Part shown: positions 48,626 to 57,338 of the stretch, piece by piece | How positions within the stretch are numbered: the stretch's first letter is position 1 | Layout of the letters: every line of letters starts with the position of its first letter | IMG/VR virus record: IMGVR_UViG_3300024518_000034 | Span: 32,001-96,000 of that record | Strand: one strand, 5' to 3' | Source of the DNA: a virus | Length of the DNA: 64,000 nt | Program-made: the position numbers and the translations under genes | The notes under the pieces: model-generated | Told to the model about the DNA's origin: nothing | Database searches by the model: none | The model's input: only the letters and a program-made list of their open reading frames with translations

Positions 48626-49526
48626 ACCAAGAGTTGCTATAGTTATGACCACTATGAATCTTAAGTGGACAAAAATGGCATTACCAGATCTTATCGAGAA
48701 TACTAAGTATCCTTACGATCTAATATTGGTGGACGATTGCACTACAGATGAAGCTAGAAAATTTATCTGGAGTGGATATAAAGAAGTAGAAGACGCTTCG
48801 AAAGCGTTAAATAAGAAAATCGTTTGTTTTTCTACGGGAGAAGAGGACAGGCGAGGAGTTGCAGGATGTTGGAATATTGGGTTGGAAAAAGCGATAGAAG
48901 GTGATTATGAATATTGTTTGATTATGAACAATGACATAGCTTTTCCTGCACCAAAAGATGATAAATGCTGGCTTGAGAGACTAGTAGATTTGGGAGACAG
49001 TAATAAAGATTATGCTTGGCTGTCTCCAGCTTGGCATTGGACAGGTGAACCAGAAGCGGGAGGAATTAAGTGTTTTAAAGCTTCCTGTTGGGATTACACA
49101 GAAAAGCATAAAGATCAAATAGACGATGGAGGAATTGGGTGCTTCTTTATGCTTAGGATGGCTGATGTTAAGTGGATGAAGAATTCAGAAGAAGCTAAAG
49201 GTGAAGAGAATCATCCAGGCTTGTTTGATAAAACATCATATCCAACTAACTGGGAAGAAGTGGATTATTTGATAAGATTGAGGAGAAAAACCTCAATAAA
49301 GGTTAAAAATAAAACAGGAACATTTCACGCTGTAGCATTATATCATAAAGGTAGTGGTACAACGGGGTCGCCCGAATGGCATGGAAAAGTTAAAGTAGAT
49401 TACCAAACGGGACATGTCAACTTTTGTAAGAAATGGAATCTTCCTCATCCAAATAGTGGGTTTGGAGTGCATAATGCAATATATGAATATGTTAATAAAG
49501 ATGGCAAATGGGAAAAGGCAACATAG
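48618..49526 (+). CDS. glycosyltransferase family 2
   Basis: LILVDDCTTD, GCWNIG, IMNNDI, WEEVDYLIR. Confidence 0.85.
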   Translation: MSKPRVAIVMTTMNLKWTKMALPDLIENTKYPYDLILVDDCTTDEARKFIWSGYKEVEDASKALNKKIVCFSTGEEDRRGVAGCWNIGLEKAIEGDYEYCLIMNNDIAFPAPKDDKCWLERLVDLGDSNKDYAWLSPAWHWTGEPEAGGIKCFKASCWDYTEKHKDQIDDGGIGCFFMLRMADVKWMKNSEEAKGEENHPGLFDKTSYPTNWEEVDYLIRLRRKTSIKVKNKTGTFHAVALYHKGSGTTGSPEWHGKVKVDYQTGHVNFCKKWNLPHPNSGFGVHNAIYEYVNKDGKWEKAT

Positions 49527-49534
49527 GAGGTGAA

Positions 49535-50539
49535 ATGATTTTAGCAGAATACATATGGATAGATGGAACAACGCCAACAGCGAGGTTAAGATCAAAAACG
49601 AAAGTGTTAACTTTGGAAGACGAAGGAATTTGTCCAGATTGGAACTTTGATGGGTCGTCTACAAATCAGGCTGATGGAGACGATTCAGATGTTAAGCTTA
49701 AAGTTGTAAGAACGGTAAAAGATCCATTTAGAAAAGGTACGAATTACCTTGTTTTGTGTGAATGCACAACTCATGATGGCAAGCCTGTAGAAAGTAATGC
49801 AAGAGCTAAATTGAGAGCGCTGCTGGAGAGTGGTGTTAGAAAAAAGCATGAGCCGTGGGTTGGCTTTGAACAAGAATATACATTAATTGATGAAATATCT
49901 GGGAAACCAAAGGGATTCCCAGAGAGGGGATATCCATCACCGCAAGGGCCATATTATTGTGGAACAAATATACCAGGAAGGGTGGTAATGGAGAGGCATC
50001 TGCAGGCATGCATTGAGGCTGGGTTGAAAATTACGGGTACAAATGCTGAAGTCATGGTTGGGCAGTGGGAATATCAGATTGGCCATGGAGATCCGCTAGA
50101 GATTAGTGATCATCTGTGGATAGCTAGATATCTCTTGGAGAGGATAGCAGAGGAAGAGGGGGTAGGCGTAAGTTTGGAAAATAAACCAGTAAAAGGCGAT
50201 TGGAACGGATCAGGCGCACATTTAAACATATCTATTAAATCAACAAGAGAGAAAAACGGATTAGAGGCTATTGACAAAGTTATATCGAAGTTGAAAAAGT
50301 GTCACAGGGAACATATATTGGAGTATGGGCATGGGTTGGGAGAGAGACTTACTGGTGAACACGAGACTTGTCATATTGGTGAGTTTAAGTGGGGTGTAGC
50401 AGATAGAACTGCATCCATTAGAATTCCTTATAAAGTTTATAAGGATAAGAGGGGGTATTTTGAAGATAGAAGGCCAGGGGCCAATATTGATCCATATCGA
50501 GCATGTAGAAGGATGCTACAAACAATAGCAAGTGAATAA
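49535..50539 (+). CDS. glnII: glutamine synthetase, type II
   Basis: AEYIWIDG, WNFDGSST, GFEQEY, PQGPYYC, NAEVMVGQWEYQ, DWNGSGAH, RLTGEHET, RTASIRIP, GYFEDRRP. Confidence 0.95.
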   Translation: MILAEYIWIDGTTPTARLRSKTKVLTLEDEGICPDWNFDGSSTNQADGDDSDVKLKVVRTVKDPFRKGTNYLVLCECTTHDGKPVESNARAKLRALLESGVRKKHEPWVGFEQEYTLIDEISGKPKGFPERGYPSPQGPYYCGTNIPGRVVMERHLQACIEAGLKITGTNAEVMVGQWEYQIGHGDPLEISDHLWIARYLLERIAEEEGVGVSLENKPVKGDWNGSGAHLNISIKSTREKNGLEAIDKVISKLKKCHREHILEYGHGLGERLTGEHETCHIGEFKWGVADRTASIRIPYKVYKDKRGYFEDRRPGANIDPYRACRRMLQTIASE

Positions 50540-51026
50540 AAAATGTACAAAGTGTAATTCAAGTAAAGATATTTCTAATTTTTATAAAGATAAGCACAAT
50601 AAGGATGGGTATAATTATAGATGTAAATTTTGTGTGAATCAAGGAAATACGTGCAGTGAATGCGGTAAAAGTATTACAAAAAGATCAAAATATTGCGATA
50701 GGTGTTGTAAAATTGGAGTGAAAAATCCTGACTGGAAGGGCGGCAGAGTTGTAAGAGGGTCTGGCTATGTTAGGGTTAAGATGCGAGATCATCCGAATGC
50801 GCACGTTGATGGCTATGTATTTGAACACGTAATGATAATGTCTAAAATGATAGGAAGACCATTGTTAAAAAAAGAAACAGTACATCATAAAAATGGAATT
50901 AAAAATGATAATAGACTAGAAAATCTTGAATTGTGGAGTTCAGATCATCCTTCTGGTCAAAGAGTAAAAGATTTAGTAAAGTGGGCTAAAGAGATACTTA
51001 GAAAATATGGTGATAGATGCGACTAG
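50532..51026 (+). mobile_element. free-standing HNH homing endonuclease with zinc fingers
   Basis: Several CxxC pairs; GYVFEHVMIM...VHHKNGIKNDNRLENLELW. Confidence 0.88.
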
Positions 51027-51580
51027 AACTTGGACCAGGAAACGATCCGTCACCGGGTTTTGATTACTATGTAGACATTGCTCCTCTTGATCATGTAACT
51101 CATGTGCTTGATTTTGCCAAACAAGGACTGCAAGGTTTTGAGGATAACAGTCTTGATGAAATCTTAGCTATACATTTTCTTGAGCATTTACCACAAGGCA
51201 AGCAAAGTTATTTTTTTGCTGAATGTAAGAGAAAACTAAAAGTGGGCGGCAAGCTTGTAGTACATGTACCAAACTTAGAAACGATATTTAGAGCATATGA
51301 GTGTTTTAAAAATAATAACCAATATGATGCGCTTATGACAGAGCTTCAATCGATGTTATTTGGTGTACACAATGGTGATGTTTATTCTGTGCATAAAATA
51401 GCGTATAATTGGCAAATATTAGAGAAAATGTTTCACAATCATGGGTATGAGCCTGTGAGAAACCTAACAGGAATAAAAAAGGACAGACACACTGTTGGTT
51501 GGGAGTGGGTCACAAAGTATATAAGAGATGCTGGTGGAGTCACACCAGAATTTAGTTTAATAGTAGAAGGGAAAAAATAA
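51017..51580 (+). CDS. class I SAM-dependent methyltransferase (type 11-like)
   Basis: RLELGPG, FEDNSLDEILAIHFLEHL, LKVGGKLVVHVP. Confidence 0.85.
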   Translation: MRLELGPGNDPSPGFDYYVDIAPLDHVTHVLDFAKQGLQGFEDNSLDEILAIHFLEHLPQGKQSYFFAECKRKLKVGGKLVVHVPNLETIFRAYECFKNNNQYDALMTELQSMLFGVHNGDVYSVHKIAYNWQILEKMFHNHGYEPVRNLTGIKKDRHTVGWEWVTKYIRDAGGVTPEFSLIVEGKK

Positions 51581-52560
51581 TGAAATCACCGGGAAAAAAG
51601 TTTAAAGAATTAATCGAAAAAGATGGATATATTTTTACAGGTGGAGTATACGATGCTATATCTGCAAAAGTAGCAGCGATGGCTGGAATGAAGGCTTTGT
51701 ATTTGTCAGGATATTCTCAGTCATTGGGGTTGCTTGGAAGATCAGATATGGAATTTGTACAGAGACATCAGGCTGTTGACAATTCGAGAAGAGTAGCAGA
51801 GTCACTAGAAGATGGCGGATTTGATGTCCCAGTAATCGCAGATGCAGATACAGGCTATGGGTCAGTTAATCAGGTTCAATACACTGTGAGGTCGTTTGAG
51901 CGTGCTGGTGTTGCAGGTGTACATCTAGAGGATCAAACGATTCCTAAGAGGTGCGGGCATATTGCAGGAAAGACAGTGCTTCCTATGGAGGAAAGCGTTG
52001 GAAAGATTGCAGCAGCAGTTGATGCAAAAACGGACAAGGATTTCATTATTATAGCAAGAACTGATGCATTGGGTGCAGCCGGTGGATCTATGGAAGATGC
52101 AGTTAAGAGAGCTATCGCGTACCACGACGCAGGTGCTGACATGGTATGGTGCGAGTTTGGCAGTGCATCTAGAGAGTTAGCTAAAGAGTTTGCATATCTT
52201 ACAACATCGTTAAGACCAAAAATGGGTTTGGCTTTTAACTATTCTTCGTCATTTAAGTGGCACGAGCAAAAAGAGCCTATGGTCGCTGAAGAATTGCACG
52301 AGATGGGCTATACATTTATGTTTGTAACATTGTTTGGTATTCATGCTGCAACGCTAAGCTTGTATAATCATTTTGAAAATATGTATGTAGACGGACCAGT
52401 GGCTCAGTGGGATTTAGAAGTGCTTAAGAAAAATCATCCAACGGAGAGTCATCACGTCATGGGAGATACTGCAACATATCAAGCAGTAGAGCAGAAGTTT
52501 CTGCCAACTGTGGCAACTGAAAGAATTGAAGCATCAGAAGGATATAAGGAAGAAAAATAA
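51580..52560 (+). CDS. aceA: isocitrate lyase (short, haloarchaeal-type architecture)
   Basis: YLSGY, VIADADTGYG, HLEDQTIPKRCGHIAGK, IIARTDA, VWCE, AFNYSSSFKW, FVTLFGIH, HPTESHH. Confidence 0.85.
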   Translation: MKSPGKKFKELIEKDGYIFTGGVYDAISAKVAAMAGMKALYLSGYSQSLGLLGRSDMEFVQRHQAVDNSRRVAESLEDGGFDVPVIADADTGYGSVNQVQYTVRSFERAGVAGVHLEDQTIPKRCGHIAGKTVLPMEESVGKIAAAVDAKTDKDFIIIARTDALGAAGGSMEDAVKRAIAYHDAGADMVWCEFGSASRELAKEFAYLTTSLRPKMGLAFNYSSSFKWHEQKEPMVAEELHEMGYTFMFVTLFGIHAATLSLYNHFENMYVDGPVAQWDLEVLKKNHPTESHHVMGDTATYQAVEQKFLPTVATERIEASEGYKEEK

Positions 52561-52561
52561 T

Positions 52562-53551
52562 ATGCATCCAAGTGAAGCGTTAGTTGAAAGAGGGACTAAG
52601 GATATACCAACAATGTCGCCAGTTGAACATTTCTGCGGGACGGAAAAGTTTGTAAAGAAAGCGATGAAAATTCAGCAAGAGAGAAATGGTGATTTTGACA
52701 TTACTATCGATCTGGAAGATGGTGCGCCAAAAGGTAAAGAGAAAGACAACCTTGATATGGCTATTGCTATGATCAAGTCAGACGACAATAAGTTTAATAG
52801 AATAGGTGTACGTATCCATGACCCAGGAAACGATTGGTGGTTTAAAGAGGCTAATTTATTGAGAGAAGAAGTTGGAGATAGATTAGCTTATATAACTTTG
52901 CCAAAAGTTCTAGGTGCGGAAGATGTAATGAAAATGAGAACAACGCTTTTTAGGTCAAACCTTTCTCTGCATGTAATCATTGAAACGCTTGAGGCGTTTC
53001 AGAATTTAGATGACATTTTAAAAGTACACAATGTAGATTTAGTAGATTTTGGCCTTATGGACTTTACATCTGCCCACCAGGGAATTCTTTCAAGAGATGT
53101 AATGAAATCGCCGCAGCAGTTTACAAACCCATTGATGCAATATTATAAGTCACAGTTTGTGGCAAAAGCCTTGGCAGCAGGTAAAGTGCCAGCACACAAT
53201 GTAACAGTGGATGTTGGTAAAAAGGACTTAGCATATAAAGACGCAGCAACAGCAAGAAACGATTTCGGCTTCTTGCGTATGTGGTCCGTCTTTCCTGCTC
53301 AGATAGATGAAATTATGAGAGGCATGGCGTCAGCATATAATCTCTTGCAGTTGAAGGCGTATTCTGATATCCTATGTAAGGCTCAAGAAGCGGACTGGGG
53401 TCCAATCGGTTATATGGGTAAGATGGAAGACAGAGCAACGTATAGACTTTATTGGCAGACTCTGAAGAGAGCAAGAAGTGTAACTGGAGTTGAAATTCCA
53501 GCAGAAGCAGAAGAAAGATTTTTTAAGGACGTTAAGCTAGTGGGAGCATAA
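52562..53551 (+). CDS. HpcH/HpaI aldolase-citrate lyase beta (CitE/malyl-CoA lyase/malate synthase fold) protein
   Basis: TIDLEDGA, IGVRIHD, ITLPK, HVIIET, FGLMDF, MWSVFPAQI, EDRATYR. Confidence 0.85.
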   Translation: MHPSEALVERGTKDIPTMSPVEHFCGTEKFVKKAMKIQQERNGDFDITIDLEDGAPKGKEKDNLDMAIAMIKSDDNKFNRIGVRIHDPGNDWWFKEANLLREEVGDRLAYITLPKVLGAEDVMKMRTTLFRSNLSLHVIIETLEAFQNLDDILKVHNVDLVDFGLMDFTSAHQGILSRDVMKSPQQFTNPLMQYYKSQFVAKALAAGKVPAHNVTVDVGKKDLAYKDAATARNDFGFLRMWSVFPAQIDEIMRGMASAYNLLQLKAYSDILCKAQEADWGPIGYMGKMEDRATYRLYWQTLKRARSVTGVEIPAEAEERFFKDVKLVGA

Positions 53552-53554
53552 AAA

Positions 53555-53905
53555 ATGTATTTAAACAAGTATCAAGAAGAAGCGACAAGAACAGCTAGGA
53601 ATTTTGAAGACGTTGAAATGGGGCCAACCAAGTTGGCCCTAGCTAATTGGGCGCTAGGTTTAGCAGGTGAAGCAGGAGAGGCGGCAGAGCTTGTAAAAAA
53701 GCATGTATTTCACGGACATGAGTTAGATTTGGCTGAAGTTAGAAAAGAGCTAGGTGATGTGTTGTGGTATATAGCTAATCTGGCTGAAACTGTGGGACTG
53801 GAAATGGAAGATATAGCTAAGGCTAATATTGAAAAGTTGAAAGCTAGATATGGTGATGGGTTTTCAGAAGAGAAATCTCAAAATAGAGTAGAATATAGCA
53901 ACTAA
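53555..53905 (+). CDS. MazG-like nucleotide pyrophosphohydrolase
   Basis: LGLAGEAGEAAELVKK...KELGDVLWY...NIEKLKARY. Confidence 0.9.
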   Translation: MYLNKYQEEATRTARNFEDVEMGPTKLALANWALGLAGEAGEAAELVKKHVFHGHELDLAEVRKELGDVLWYIANLAETVGLEMEDIAKANIEKLKARYGDGFSEEKSQNRVEYSN

Positions 53906-54816
53906 TGAACATATTAATGCTTTTTGCTTTTACTGATAAACCAGCCTCTCCAGCTTGGTATATCAGAAGGTCTTTTCTTCGTATGGGTCATAGTATAACT
54001 ACGATGGGCCATAATTGTGAGATTAATACTAAAGGTAAAAATCCTTATCAAACTCAAAACATTCACAGTATAATAAAAAAGAAGAATATTGATCTAGTTT
54101 TGGAAATAGACTCTGGAGGTTTTGACATAAGTTGGAACCCTGGACCTTTGAAGAATCAATATAAGAATGTTAAATTTGTATACTGGGGATCAGATACACA
54201 CTTGGGAACTGTTGCAGGAGTGTATGGGAACAAGAGAAAAAGATACGATTTGGCATTTTTCGCACAGAAGAAGTTTATTGATGATCAGCATATGTCTCAC
54301 AGGTATTGGTTACCACACGCATGTGATCCAGAATTTCACAATCCAGACATAAAAGACAAGAAGAAGATTCACGATGTAACATTTATTGGACATAAGCATC
54401 CTACGGTACATGGTAAAAGAATTACCTTGCTTCAAATGATTAAAAATGATAGAATAAACATTAATGACAGGTGTTATATTTATACAGATAAGATGGGTGC
54501 TGAGTTCGTTAAAAGCAGAATTGTGTTGAATTGTTCATTGAATGGCGACTTAAATATGAGGTTTTTTGAAGCCATGTGTTCTGGTGCATGTTTGCTGACT
54601 GATTGGTCAGATCATGGAGGTTTTACAGAACAAGGATTTAAAAGAGGGGAACATTATTGTGCTTACGATAGTAATCGTCATGCGGTGACAGCGATAAGAG
54701 CATTGCTTAACGACCATGAGAAAAGAAAGAGAATAGCTAAGGCTGGACAAAAGTATGTTTTGGAAAATCATACCTATGATAATAGGGCGAAAAAAATATT
54801 AAGTTTTGTAGAATGA
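53905..54816 (+). CDS. CgeB-like glycosyltransferase (GT-B)
   Basis: WLPHACDP, SRIVLN...DLNMRFFEAMCSG...HTYDNRAKKIL. Confidence 0.88.
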   Translation: MNILMLFAFTDKPASPAWYIRRSFLRMGHSITTMGHNCEINTKGKNPYQTQNIHSIIKKKNIDLVLEIDSGGFDISWNPGPLKNQYKNVKFVYWGSDTHLGTVAGVYGNKRKRYDLAFFAQKKFIDDQHMSHRYWLPHACDPEFHNPDIKDKKKIHDVTFIGHKHPTVHGKRITLLQMIKNDRININDRCYIYTDKMGAEFVKSRIVLNCSLNGDLNMRFFEAMCSGACLLTDWSDHGGFTEQGFKRGEHYCAYDSNRHAVTAIRALLNDHEKRKRIAKAGQKYVLENHTYDNRAKKILSFVE

Positions 54817-55295
54817 GCAGCACTGTTGATTATTTTGGTATTGTTTACGGAAGGAATCAAACAATGAATTGGAAATATTACGAACTAGTTGAAGGCGTGC
54901 ATAATAAGTTTTGGATGATAGCTAGACATGAAGATGGAAAAGGATTCACGGCGCGATGGGGGAAAATTGGAACAACTGGTCAAATGCAAATGAAGAATTT
55001 TTCAAGCGTAAGTAGGACTATAAAAGCCTTTAATGACAAAGTGTGGGAGAAAACTAAAAAGAGGTATGTATTAAAACATCATGGGGATGATTTCTTGACA
55101 GCGGAAGGTGCTAATGCGTATAGGCCTGGTCGCCCAATTACGGAAACTATGAAGTACTTCAGAAGAAGAGATCCAATCGTACATGATCCAAATAAGACAA
55201 TCACACCGGCACCAAAGAAGAAAAAAGCTAAAGGTAAGAAGACTGCGATAAAGCCAAAGTTTAAAATAAGAATAAGGAAAAGAAAAGCAGAATGA
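54813..55295 (+). CDS. WGR domain protein with Lys-rich tail
   Basis: HNKFWMI...ARWGKIGTTGQ...EKTKKRY. Confidence 0.8.
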   Translation: MSSTVDYFGIVYGRNQTMNWKYYELVEGVHNKFWMIARHEDGKGFTARWGKIGTTGQMQMKNFSSVSRTIKAFNDKVWEKTKKRYVLKHHGDDFLTAEGANAYRPGRPITETMKYFRRRDPIVHDPNKTITPAPKKKKAKGKKTAIKPKFKIRIRKRKAE

Positions 55296-56281
55296 AGATA
55301 GCAATGTTGACAACATGGGATGTCCGATGTGGTATCGCACAAAACTCAAAGTTTTTAGTAGATGCATTAATTGAAGCTGGACATGAGGTGGGATTATTTG
55401 TTCAATTTAGTAATGATATTGAAAAGAAAGAAAGAGTGCCTCCTTCCTGCATCCATAGAAGAGATAAGAATGGCGAGTATTGGTCATATTTTAAATTATG
55501 GCGATGTTGGAGTTGGTATGGGAGATCAGATAAAGTAGAATTTGATGTAGAACCAATTAAGGAATTTAAGCCAGACGTGATTCACGTTCAATATGAGTCA
55601 TTCCTTTGGCATGAATCATACTTGCCGCAACTAAAAGGTATAGCACCGATAGTAATAACCCACCATTCGTCTTGTACGGGTCCAGGTTGTCCTGTAAATG
55701 AAGCACAGGCTAATGTTGTACACGATGAAGAGTTTCCCGCTTTACCTAATAGGAGAATAATCCCTATGGGCATTCCAGACACCTTTGATTTTGTTAATTT
55801 CGAAGACACAGAACCAGTAATGGGTTCGTTTGGATTGCACAGAAATAATGATGACTATTGTAAGGAGGCCATGACTTTGGTCAGTAAAGCGTTGTCAGCA
55901 CCTATTCATTATAGAACACATTATGGCAATTCAAAATGGGTTCCAACAGAAGAACTGGTAAAAATCTTACAGAAGAATAGAATGTTGGCTTTGATTTATC
56001 CAAAAACAGGCGCTGTGGTGTCGAGTAGTGCAGCATGTGTAGCTTTGGGGGCAGGACTTCCTGTATTATGTTCAAACACTAGGTGGTTTAAACATTTAAG
56101 TAAATATGTACATCTTATTGATACTGTAGAAGAGATGGCTCACATTATAGGTCATTATATGGTAGAGGAAGATTTTTGGAATATTGCAAGAGATAGGGCT
56201 ACGCAGGCCAGAGAAGAAAGAGGCTGGAGTAAGATTGCTAAACAACACGAGAATCTATATAAGGAGATTTTAAATGGATGA
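55292..56281 (+). CDS. glycosyltransferase, GT4-like
   Basis: WDVRCGIA, PDVIHVQYE, SSAACVALGAGLPVLCSN, WSKIAKQHENLY. Confidence 0.75.
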   Translation: MKIAMLTTWDVRCGIAQNSKFLVDALIEAGHEVGLFVQFSNDIEKKERVPPSCIHRRDKNGEYWSYFKLWRCWSWYGRSDKVEFDVEPIKEFKPDVIHVQYESFLWHESYLPQLKGIAPIVITHHSSCTGPGCPVNEAQANVVHDEEFPALPNRRIIPMGIPDTFDFVNFEDTEPVMGSFGLHRNNDDYCKEAMTLVSKALSAPIHYRTHYGNSKWVPTEELVKILQKNRMLALIYPKTGAVVSSSAACVALGAGLPVLCSNTRWFKHLSKYVHLIDTVEEMAHIIGHYMVEEDFWNIARDRATQAREERGWSKIAKQHENLYKEILNG

Positions 56282-56699
56282 ACAAGAGAAGATGCTTTCG
56301 GAAGATATATCCGTAGGCAAGATGTGCCCATTTTTGATGGGAACGGCAGAAGACTTTCAATCAAATCAGGCTATATGTGTGGGAGATAAATGTGCCTTGC
56401 ATCAAACTATGCATGAAAGTTATGTAGAGACAGATGACAATGAGGAACCAGTTGTAAAAGATGGACAACCAGTGGTTAAAACTAAAGAAATAAAAGGATG
56501 TTCGTTTGCGTTGTCTTCTAGATTAGAATATATGTCTGTAATGACATTGTCTGACTCAAACAGAACAGGGCACTTTGTAGCCCAGGGACTTTCAAAACTT
56601 ATGCAGGCAATGACGCCTGTGGGAATGAATAAACCAAAAGGTGGGATCGTTTTACCAAGAGGTAATATAGCACCAAGTCAAATGGGTCCAGCAAGATAA
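56274..56699 (+). CDS. hypothetical protein
   Basis: KMCPF...CVGDKCAL...C Cys cluster. Confidence 0.6.
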   Translation: MDEQEKMLSEDISVGKMCPFLMGTAEDFQSNQAICVGDKCALHQTMHESYVETDDNEEPVVKDGQPVVKTKEIKGCSFALSSRLEYMSVMTLSDSNRTGHFVAQGLSKLMQAMTPVGMNKPKGGIVLPRGNIAPSQMGPAR

Positions 56700-56703
56700 A
56701 TGA

Positions 56704-57333
56704 ATGAAGAAGAATCAAACCAAGAGTAGATTAGAGAAGATAGACAGATCTGTATTTCTTTTACAAAACGGTACTATACCGGAAAGGGAGTCATCATCTA
56801 GAGATCTTCTTGAAATATTTCACCCATTGGTAATCTCTGCTGCTCAAAGGATCGCTAACAGATTTCCTCATAATTTGCAGGAAATAATACCTGTGGTGCA
56901 AAACAAGCTTATTGTGATAATTATTGAGTTTCGTACTCCGAGAAAGGATACGAGAGGAAATGGTCGTCCCAAGGGTGGCTGGGCACCTAATATTAATGTG
57001 TATTTAAGGCAAAATCTCTACTATTTTAGTATGCTTGAAATAAGGAAAGATATTAGTGGGTCTAAAAATAGTAATCAAGACTCAACTATAGTGATACAAG
57101 ACATTTGTGATTATGAGACGCAAGGTACGGTTGAGTATGATTACGATGTAGCATCGGAAATGCTAGGAATGATTGAATTTGAATATGGAGCGAAAATAAG
57201 GGATGTGGTAATGCTTAAGTACCTTTTTGGGTTTAAATATGCAGAAATCAGTTGGATTACAGATATGTCTAATATACAAATAAGAAATAGTCTTAGTAGA
57301 GTTAAGAACAAATTTCAATCAATAAAGCTATAG
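56704..57333 (+). CDS. phage RNA polymerase sigma factor (sigma70/ECF-like)
   Basis: Region 2-like LLEIFHPLVISAAQR; region 4 HTH RDVVMLKYLFGFKYAEISWITDMSNIQIRNSLSRVKNK. Confidence 0.7.
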   Translation: MKKNQTKSRLEKIDRSVFLLQNGTIPERESSSRDLLEIFHPLVISAAQRIANRFPHNLQEIIPVVQNKLIVIIIEFRTPRKDTRGNGRPKGGWAPNINVYLRQNLYYFSMLEIRKDISGSKNSNQDSTIVIQDICDYETQGTVEYDYDVASEMLGMIEFEYGAKIRDVVMLKYLFGFKYAEISWITDMSNIQIRNSLSRVKNKFQSIKL

Positions 57334-57338
57334 TAATT

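Noticed and set aside
51580-52560. PEP mutase / phosphonate biosynthesis interpretation
   Set aside because: The KRCGH loop and ICL-type WCE and NYSSSF motifs are present, and no phosphonopyruvate decarboxylase is nearby
51580-53551. Haloarchaeal virus or host contamination
   Set aside because: The proteins are not acidic, the flanking genes are coupled phage-type genes, and the replication genes and promoters are bacterial; assembly should still be verified
42745-56281. Definite DNA hypermodification pathway
   Set aside because: No hydroxymethylase, thymidylate synthase homolog or base-modifying enzyme is visible, so it is kept only as one possibility
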